Below the pieces are notes generated by a model. That model saw nothing but the letters and a program-made list of their open reading frames with translations. It ran no database searches and had not been told where the DNA came from. 64,000 bases of DNA from Octopus sinensis (lineage: Eukaryota): the NCBI RefSeq assembly GCF_006345805.1, contig NC_042998.1, positions 193,068,001-193,132,000 of the forward strand, in the 5' to 3' direction. The translations under genes were made by a program, and so were the position numbers. Of the stretch, positions 54,512-64,000 are shown piece by piece (position 1 is the first letter of the stretch; each line of letters begins with the position of its first letter).

Positions 54512-56495
54512 GAAGCACTCCGTCGGTTACGACGACGAGGGTTCCGGTTGATCCGAATCAACGGAACAGCCTGCTCGTGAAATTAACGTGTAAGTGGCTG
54601 AGCATTCCACAGACACGTGTAACCCTTAACGTAGTTCTCGGGGATATTCAGCGTGACACAGAGAGTAACAAGGCCGGCCCCTTTGAAATACAGGTACAAA
54701 CAAAAACAGGAAGTAAGAGTGAGAGAAAGTTTGTGGTGAAAGAGTACAGCAGGGATCACCACCATCCCCTGCCGGAGCCTCGAAGCACTCCGTCGGTTAC
54801 GACGACGAGGGTTCCGGTTGATCCGAATCAACGGAACAGCCTGCTCGTGAAATTAACGTGTAAGTGGCTGAGCATTCCACAGACACGTGTAACCCTTAAC
54901 GTAGTTCTCGGGGATATTCAGCGTGACACAGAGAGTAACAAGGCCGGCCCTTTGAAATACAGGTACAACAGAAACAGGAAGTAAGAGTGAGAGAAAGTTT
55001 GTGGTGAATGAGTACAGCAGGGATCACCACCATCCCCTGCCGGAGCCTCGAAGCACTCCGTCGGTTACGACGACGAGGGTTCCGGTTGATCCGATCAACG
55101 GAACAGCCTGCTCGTGAAATTAACGTGTAAGTGGCTGAGCTTTCCACAGACACGTGCAACCCTTAACGTAGTTCTCGGAGATATTCAGCGTGACACAGAG
55201 AGTAACAAGGCCGGCCCTTTGAAATACAGGTACAACAGAAACAGGAAGTAAGAGTGAGAGAAAGTGGTGGTGAAAGAGTACAGCAGGGATCACCACCATC
55301 CCCTGCCGGAGCCTCGAAGCACTCCGTCGGTTACGACGACGAGGGTTCCGGTTGATCCGATCAACGGAACAGCCTGCTCGTGAAATTAACGTGTAAGTGA
55401 CTGAGCATTCCACAGACCGTGTAACCCTTACGTAGTTCTCGGGGATATTCAGCGTGACACAGAGAGTAACAAGCCGGCCCTTTGAAATACAGGTACAACA
55501 GAAACAGGAAGTAAGAGTGAGAGAAAGTTTGTGGTGAAAGAGTACAGCAGGGATCACCACCATCCCCTGCCGGAGCCTCGAAGCACTCCGTCGGTTACGA
55601 CGACGAGGGTTCCGGTTGATCCGATCAACGGAACAGCCTGCTCGTGAAATTAACGTGTAAGTGGCTGAGCATTCCACAGACACGTGTAACCCTTAACGTA
55701 GTTCTCGGGGATATTCAGCGTGACACAGAGAGTAACAAGGCCGGCCCTTTGAAATACAGGTACAACAGAAACAGGAAGTAAGAGTGAGAGAAAGTTTGTG
55801 GTGAAAGAGTACAGCAGGGATCACCACCATCCCCTGCCGGAGCCTCGAAGCACTCCGTCGGTTACGACGACGAGGGTTCCGGTTGATCCGATCAACGGAA
55901 CAGCCTGCTCGTGAAATTAACGTGTAAGTGGCTGAGCATTCCACAGACACGTGTAACCCTTAACGTAGTTCTCGGGGATATTCAGCGTGACACAGAGAGT
56001 AACAAGGCCGGCCCTTTGAAATACAGGTACAACAGAAACAGGAAGTAAGAGTGAGAGAAAGTTTGTGGTGAATGAGTACAGCAGGGATCACCACCATCCC
56101 CTGCCGGAGCCTCGAAGCACTCCGTCGGTTACGACGACGAGGGTTCGGTTGATCCGATCAACGGAACAGCCTGCTCGTGAAATTAACGTGTAAGTGGCTG
56201 AGCATTCCACAGACACGTGCAACCCTTAACGTAGTTCTCGGAGATATTCAGCGTGACACAGAGAGTAACAAGGCCGGCCCTTTGAAATACAGGTACAACA
56301 GAAACAGGAAGTAAGAGTGAGAGAAAGTGGTGGTGAAAGAGTACAGCAGGGATCACCACCATCCCCTGCCGGAGCCTTGTGGAGCTTTTAGGTGTTTTTG
56401 CTCAATAAACACTCACAACGCCCGGTTTGGGAATCGAAACCACGATCCTACTACCGCGAGTCTGCTGCCCTAACCACTGGGCCATTGCGCCTCCA
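54512..56495 (-). mobile_element. SINE family C heptamer: one tRNA head plus seven ~267-bp bodies
   Basis: GAAGCACTCCGTCGG recurs at 54512, 54782, 55050, 55316, 55580, 55847 and 56114. Single head at ~56380-56495. Confidence 0.95.
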
Positions 56496-56968
56496 CAACA
56501 AGTGTAGCACGAAACTCAGAGAAACTGGTCTCGATAAAAAACATAGATGCTGTGTTTAAGTGGTATGCTCAGCTGTGATCTAGTGCTACTAGATACGAAG
56601 GCAGAAGCTAAAATTTACGCGTGAAACTATTGAAAATCTATGGTAATTAATGTTAAGATAAGCGATAGGTGGCTGTGATGATTGGCAACTGGTGGGTGAA
56701 CTTTTTGTTTGTAGAAAAATGTTTAGCATTTTGAGAAGATAACTTGCAATGAATCTTTAAGTGAGATACCTCATGGGGTAAAATCATTCAGAAAGTATAT
56801 AAAGGGCCTTATTTTTATCACAGCTTTACAATTACAGCCAACTTGTTCTACAGTGCTGTTCCTACAAGTACCTTGGCCTATAAACATGAATACAGCACTG
56901 TTGGTTGCACGTTGGATAGGAAGCGAATTTCCATCTCATTATGTGTATAAATGTTGATAGCTGGCACC

Positions 56969-57353
56969 GGAGGCGCAATGGCCCAGTGGTTAGGGCAGCG
57001 GACTCGCGGTCGTAGGATCGCGATTTCGATTTCCAGACCGGGCGTTGTGAGTGTTTATTGAGCGAAAACACATAAAAAGCTCCACGAGGCTCCGGCAGGG
57101 ATGGTGGTGATCCTGCTGTACTCTTTCACCACAACTTTCTCTCACTCTTACTTCTGTTTCTGTTTGTTGTACCTGTATTTCAAAGGGCCGGCCTTGTCAC
57201 TCTCTGTGTCACGCTGAATATCTCCGAGAACTACGTTAAGGGTACACGTGTCTGTGGAGTGCTCAGCCTCTTACACGTTAATTTCACGAGCAGGCTGTTC
57301 CGTTGATCGGATCAACCGGAACCCTCGTCGTCGTAACCGACGGAGTGCTTCCA
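56969..57353 (+). mobile_element. SINE family C
   Basis: TSD TGATAGCTG(G/A)CACC at 56955-56968 and 57354-57367. Confidence 0.92.
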
Positions 57354-57595
57354 TGATAGCTGACACCACTCGAAGTCTATCGTGATAGAAGAATCAAATC
57401 CCGCAGAACTAGTGTATAACACAGTTACCTGTGATATGAAGAATATCTAATCATGTCTGAGTGTAGAATCGATATCCCGTACCCGTATGTAATGTGTCAC
57501 ACCTTCCAGTACAATTTTTGAACATACATACATGTTATATAAATGTGTGTGTATGTATATGCGTATGTATGTATGTATGTATGTATTTATCTACT

Positions 57596-57642
<47 letters not shown>

Positions 57643-57705
57643 GTATAGATGGTGGTGCCCCAGCATGGCCGCGGCCTTCGGGCTAAAGCATTTTTAAGGA
57701 TTTAA

Positions 57706-57742
<37 letters not shown>

Positions 57743-57744
57743 AT

Positions 57745-58341
57745 ATATCTCACAACTGGCCGAGTATACGTATGGAGACAGCCAAAAGAAGCATTTGACC
57801 CAGACTACCTTCTTATAACTGTTAAACATCTGTGATGATCTGAGTGACTATATTTTGGAAACCCATTGGCCCATTGTGTTCCCTTCATGGCAGAAGAAAT
57901 AGTTAAGACTATTTAAGCATTTTAGCTCATCAAATTCATCTTATGGTTGCGGAACTGTTTCATGGGGGAAACGCAATCTTTCAGGATGATAATGTACCAA
58001 TTCACACAGCTAAAGTTCTTACTTAATGGCACTAGGAACATTCTAGTAAAGTTGACCATCTTCTCTAGCCATTTCAGTCGCCAGGTCTCAATATTATTGA
58101 ACAGTTATGGTGCATTTTAGAAAAACAAGTAAGGAGTCGATATCCTTCACCATCATCACTACAAGAACTGGAGACTGTTTTAGCTGAAAAATGGACAAAA
58201 ATTCCTTTGAAACAATTCAATCTTTGCATGAGTCCATACCTCGTAGAATTCAAGCTGTAATTACTGCCAAGGGCGGTCCTACCCTATATTAGAATTAATT
58301 TGTTCGAAATTCTAAGGTGTTTCCATTATTTTATCCAACCC
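57745..58341 (+). pseudogene. Tc1-family transposase remnant with right TIR
   Basis: GRVYVWRQPKEAFDP...TVKH, IFQDDNVPIHTAK and QSPGLNIIEQLW (DD34E region). TIR-like GGTGTTTCCATTATTTTATCCAACCC at 58316-58341. Confidence 0.85.
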
Positions 58342-58348
58342 ATATATA

Positions 58349-58491
58349 TACGACGGGCTTCTTTCAGTTTCCCTCAAATCCATGCACAAGGCTTTATTCG
58401 GCCTGGAGCTATAGTAGAAGACATCTGTCCAAGGTGCCACGCAGTGGGACTGAACCCGGAACTATGTGATTGAGAAGCAAACTTACCACAC
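58349..58491 (-). mobile_element. SINE B 5' half
   Basis: Head up to the internal microsatellite. Confidence 0.75.
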
Positions 58492-58551
58492 ATTTACGTC
58501 CCGCGCGGTGTTAAATTTACTTTTCTATGTTCTAAGGTTTTGGAAATAGGA

Positions 58552-58974
58552 AGGCGGCGAGCTGGCAGAAACGTTAGCACGCCGGGCGAAATGCTTAGCA
58601 GTATTTCGTCTGCCGCTACGTTCTGAGTTCAAATTCCGCCGAGGTCGACTTTGCCTTTCATCCTTTCGGGGTCGATTAAATAAGTACCAGTTACGCACTA
58701 AGGTCGATATAATCGACTTATTCCGTTTGTCTGTCCTTGCTTGTCCTCTCTGTGTTTAGCCCCTTGTGGGTAATAAAGAAATAGGTATTTCGTCTGCCGT
58801 TACGTTCTGAGTTCAAATTCCGCCGAGGTCGACGTTGCCTTTCATCCTTTCGGGGTCGATTAAATAAGAACCAGTTACGCACTGAGGAAGATATAATCGA
58901 CTTAATCCGTTTGTCTGTCCTTGTTTGTCCCCTCTGTGTCCTTATTTAGCCCCTTGAGGGCAGTAAAGAAATAG
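58552..58974 (+). mobile_element. SINE family A dimer
   Basis: Junction at 58784/5. TSD AGGTTTTGGAAATAG. Confidence 0.92.
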
Positions 58975-59738
58975 GTTTTGGAAATAGTTATCGGTCATAT
59001 ACTAGTTAAAACAGAAATTCTATAAACTATAGTTCATTTATTATTTTTTAGTAGTCTATTGCGATTTCGAGGAGTGAAATGTTTTGAACAACAAAATTGC
59101 TAATATATTAAGTTTCGTTAATCTAGTTAAGAAACTATATCATAAGCAAAGATGAATTATGCAGGATTAAGCAAAAGTAATAAGATTAGTGTTTATAAAA
59201 ACATTCTCCATGGTCTTTGGATAGACAGATCAAACTGATTCTTTCTGTTACTTTTTTCCCCCTTCGTAACCTATTTACCAAATGTACTGTCTTACATGGG
59301 ATCTATGAAAGAAAAACATTCTTTTTTGTAGAAAAATGATTGTTTAAAAATATGTTAGTTAATAGGAACAAGCAGAGTGTGAGGTCTAAAGCTTCGATTT
59401 ACAAGTATATGGTTCCGAGTTCGAACCCACTGCATGACACATTATGCAAGAGCCTGCCGCTGTAGCTTCGAGTCGACCAGTGAAAGCTGAGTAGAATTTG
59501 TACGGGAACCCGTCGTATACCAATTACACACGCACACATACACACATTCGTGTCAGTGTCTACGTTTATGTAAACATTTTGCTGTACCTCTGTCAAAACT
59601 GGTTCGATAAATGAAGAGATTGAAAAAATAATTTCTGGGCTTGATACAGTCGACTAAAACCTTTTAGGCCGGGGAGCTTGTAGAGCCGCAATCCATATAA
59701 CTTAGTAAACGTCTATTTGAAAATAGCTACTACAAGGA

Positions 59739-59970
59739 AGGCGTCGAGCTGGCAGAAACGTTAGCACGCCGGGCGAAATGCATAGCCGTATTTCGTCTGC
59801 CGTTACGTTCTGAGTTCAAATTCCGCCGAGGTCGATTTTGCCTTTCATCTTTTCGGGGTCGATAAATTAAGTACCAGTTACACACTGGGGTCGATATTAT
59901 CTACTTAATCCGTTTGTCTGTCCTAGTTTGTCCTCTCTGTGTTTAGCCCCTTGTGGGCAATAAAGAAATA
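59739..59970 (+). mobile_element. SINE family A monomer
   Basis: 16-bp TSD GAAAATAGCTACTACA. Confidence 0.92.
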
Positions 59971-61265
59971 GAAAATAGCTACTACACTGATATAATCATT
60001 GTCTATAAGTTTATATATTTACAGTTGAAATCTCTCACTGAAATATTTTGAATTTCAGCATCAAATTCTCAAAAAGCATCTTTCAACTACAACATTAACG
60101 AAGATAATAATCCTAATCCGCATGGACAATGTTTTTCCTCCTAACATAAATATAGAATATCGAAAATGTATCATAAAATATAGAAAATGAAAAAAAAAAT
60201 CAAAATTAACTTCAGTTTCTTAGTTATATCTTCTCGTGAATACTATCCAATTATTGGTTCTTCTACATTATTCAATAATTCTCATTTTGCTTAAGCGTTT
60301 CTGATTTAGTTTTGATGTAACATTAGTAAACGCTAAAGCAAACCTACTGATTAAACCTTTAAACCTTATTTCCTGCTCATTTCTTTAACCAAAATAACTT
60401 TTACATGATTTATTTCAATATGTCCTGAATATGTGATTTGCTGGCTTCAGAAGTAATATTCACACTTACGTTTCTCACATCATCTTCGCCAAGATCCCAT
60501 TTAAACACAAATGGCTATTCCACCAACCGGAGGAAAATTAATAACTGTGTATATCCATTTACTGACGTTGCTTCATATACGTCATTTCCATAGCTCGTTT
60601 ATCTTTTCTTACTACTCAACGTATATAGTTTTTGTGGAAAGCTTTACTGTGAATATATTTAGAATATATGTTTCAGGCTACCATAAAATGCAACCCATAA
60701 ACCATTTATAAGTCTTCTTTTATCGAAATATTAGAAATGTTTGACCGTAAAACTGTCAAGAAAGTCTTCTCCTCAAACTCTGTTTGATGAAAGTAGTTTT
60801 CCTTTGGGATACATTTATGACAGAAGGAACTACGGAATCGCTTAGTCATGCCATAATTTTATTATTCCACCTAAAATAATATCGATATTTCACTACACAG
60901 TACTACTGACATCAACTTGTTTTCAATCTCTATGGAAACATATCCACTCGATCCTCTTGTACAAATATCTGCACTCCCCGTGGATTAGATGTCGTTCGGC
61001 CTAATAAGATAGTTGCTTTAAAATAGATTCGATAGTCGGCGAGAATGTATCGAAGCAATCCAGTCTAGTGTAACTATATTTCGCTGTTTGAAATCTCTTT
61101 CTTTGATTATCAGATAGTGTTTTCACTACAGTTTCATATATTTTATTGAAGGCAAAGCAGATTGAAAATTGTCAGTAAAAGCAAGCTTTATCCTATCATT
61201 CTACATAAATTATTGTCCGCCTGTTATAACATATTCTAGGTTAGCTCTGATTGAGCAGACTTGTG

Positions 61266-61698
61266 GGATCTTTTCGGTTTGAACGGCAGTTTTTTCTAGC
61301 GGTGTCATATAAAATTGTCACTCATAATTATGACCCTAGTATCGATCTATTGCATTTCAATCTGTTTTAGGGCTAGGGTTAGTTAGGGTTAAGGTTAGGG
61401 TGGGAGGAAGGGTATCTTTTTTTCTTACAAATGTAAATAAACCCAATCTGTTTCTTAAACGAGGGACATATTCATACGGCACAGAATGTTGTTTACCTCA
61501 ATAGACGTCATTGATTGGTTGAAATTGCAGAAATTGAAGAAGAAAAAAACAACAAATATCTTACAAACTATAGAATTTTCTCAATAAAGCCAAGAGAAAA
61601 AGATGTTTTATAAACACATTCTACCAGTATACGAAGTTTACAATTTTTTAGTTACCTAGAAATTATGTTAAAAACTGCCGTTCAAACCGAAAAGATCC
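61266..61698. mobile_element. MITE family D
   Basis: Family TIRs. 8-bp TSD GACTTGTG at 61258-61265 and 61699-61706. Expanded internal TTAGGG-like tract. Confidence 0.92.
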
Positions 61699-61873
61699 GA
61701 CTTGTGACTGAACTTATCCAGTCGTGAACGCCCCTGCAAGGCTGCAGTCCAATGACTGTAACAAGCAAGAAATAACATATCTATTAACGTACCTGTCTAT
61801 CTACCTATCTAAATACATGTGTGTGAATGTGTGTGCGTTCGCGTGTTTAATTCGAAACCCAAATAACCTGATA

Positions 61874-62318
61874 TTTTACTCTTTTACTTGTTTCAGTCAT
61901 TTGACTGCGGCCATGCTGCAGCACCACCTTTAATCGAGCAACTCAACCCCGGGACTTATTCTTTTGTAAGCCCAGTACTTATTCTATCGGTCTCTTTTGC
62001 CGAACCGCTAAGTAACGGGGACATAAACACACCAGCATCGGTTGTCAAGCAATGCTAGGGGACAAACAGACACACAAACACACACACACGCATATATATA
62101 TATATTTATATATATATATTTATATATATATATATATACATACATACATATATACGACGGGCTTCTTTCAGTTTCCGTCTACCAAATCCACTCACAAGGC
62201 ATTGGTCGGCCCGGGGCTATAGCAGAAGACACTTGCCCAAGGTGCCACGCAGTGGGACTGAACCCGGAACCATGTGGTTGGTAGACAAGCTACATACCAC
62301 ACAGCCACTCCTGCGCCT
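61874..62318 (-). mobile_element. SINE family B, full length
   Basis: Consensus match. Confidence 0.92.
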
Positions 62319-62799
62319 ATGATATACGAATGATGTTTAAAAAAAAATATTAGATTTGACAACAAGCATGCGTTTCTCGCATGAATGATGTTAAGTCGGT
62401 ACGGTAGTTGGAACCAAACCGATAATTTGTCTCGTCATTAACAATATTCCATCATCTATCTCTAGCGTTTACCTGATTTAGAGATATAATTTTATTTCAG
62501 TGCAACTAGCACAGTAATATGGCTATTTGCAGTAATTATCTTTGTATGCAAAATAATTATGAATTGTAATATGAATTTTGAGAAACAGAATAGTATTTAT
62601 CTTTTGATGTTTACCGAACAATATGCAACGGTTCGTTTTAATAGATGCAGTTAAAAAAAAAAATATGTTTCCAGCGAGCATTTATTTTATTCAATATGCA
62701 GTTTGCTAGATTTTATAATTCCTTCAAAGGCGAACTGTTTGTGTTACCATGTCAAGTCATCTAGATACATTTGTTTGTAGTGGTAGCAGCAGCAGCAGC

Positions 62800-63260
62800 A
62801 AAGAAGGAGGAGGAAGAGAAGAAGAAGAAGAAGAAGAAGAAGAAGAAGAGAGAAGAAGCAGAAGGAAGAAGAAGAAGAAGGAGAAGAAGAAGAGAAGAAG
62901 CAGCAGAAAGAAGAAGAAGAAGCAGAAGGAAGAAGAGGAAGAAGGAGAAGAAGAAGGAGAAGGAGGAGGAGGAGGAGGAAGAAGAGGGAGGAGGAGGAGG
63001 AGGAGGAAGAAGAAGGAGAGGGAGGAGGAAGAGGAGAAAAAGAAGGAAGAAGAGGAAGAGGAGGAGGAAGGGGAGGAAGGGGAGGAGAAAAAAGAAAAAG
63101 GAGAGGAAGGAAGGAGGAGGAGGGGGAGGAGGGGAAAAAAGAAGAATAAGAAGAAAAAGAAGAGGAAGGAGGAGGAGGAGAAGAAGAAGAAGCAGAAGAA
63201 GAAGAACAAGAACAAAAACAAGAACAAGAACAAGAATAAGAAGAAAAAAAAGAAGAAGAA
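62800..63260. repeat. Polypurine (GAA)/(GGA) tract
   Basis: ~460 bp almost free of pyrimidines on the + strand; source of the E/K/R-rich ORFs. Confidence 0.95.
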
Positions 63261-64000
63261 TTCCTTTTGGTCGTAAAATGCAAGTGAACACGTGAACATA
63301 TAAATTTCTCGCAGACTAACTCTGATATTTTTTCAGCACCACACTATATAGGAATACGAAAGAGATTTCACGCTCACTTACACACAAGCACTCAGTGTAT
63401 CTGTGAGGGTTCATATAAGAAATATATAAGTAATATATATATATATGTGTGAGTGTGTATGTACATACATACATACATACATACATATATCACAGACATA
63501 CAGACGCACATACGAACACACATTTTGTGAGAAGTCATGACAGTTGCTACTATCGTATATATCACTCTTGATATATTAGCACTTCTATCTTTCAAGAGTA
63601 TAAAATATATTTATCAGATACTGATACGTATATTATCGAAAATCTATCATACATTTTAATTAATTATCTCTTTAAGAAAATACTTTACGAGTTACAATGG
63701 TATATTTTCTCGCTTAGCACTTAATATCTTCTTCGGGAGAATTTACATCATGGTCGTATAATGAACACCAACAGGATAAACTAATTGGATCATGAGCTAA
63801 CGAGCGCCTACATGGTAGCTTGAGCTGCGCGACATAACAAGCAAATATCCTTCAAATCATACCTAACACTTTTTTAAACGTGTGTGTGTGTGTGTCCATT
63901 GTTACTTCTATTATGAGAAGTGCTCAATAGCAATGTAGAGTACAATAGTTTAATTAGGCCGGCCTAGCCTCTTACTCTGGAAATAAAAGTCACGAGAAAT

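Noticed and set aside
54469-55950. Repetitive ORFs across the array
   Set aside because: Incidental frames through SINE C units, broken by 1-bp indels.
56969-57045. tRNA-Arg-like sequence as a tRNA gene
   Set aside because: It is the head of SINE C, continuous with the SINE body and inside a TSD. The same applies to the A and B heads.
62744-63299. E/K/R-rich and S/F/L-rich ORFs in several frames
   Set aside because: Product of the polypurine tract; no domain or splice evidence.

Overview
AT-rich, repeat-dense eukaryotic DNA with no intact protein-coding gene that I can support. The mix of tRNA-derived SINEs and very long (TA)n/(CA)n tracts suggests an octopus or other coleoid cephalopod intron or intergenic region; this is inferred from repeat style, not from a search. 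Almost all long ORFs in the track are microsatellite or SINE translations. Contents: three abundant SINE families (here A, B, C); a MITE family with GG-ended ~27-bp TIRs, 8-bp TSDs and internal TTAGGG repeats; decayed Merlin/ISXO2, Tc1, Chapaev-like, Penelope, CR1, RTE and L1/Tx1 remnants; a long fold-back hairpin; a 3x ~480-bp tandem triplication. Most notable: (i) SINE A multimerises through the same junction at five loci; (ii) a 7-unit SINE C array has higher-order structure and an ~87-bp flanking duplication; (iii) an unidentified 207-bp, ~71% GC insert is flanked by an 11-bp direct repeat.
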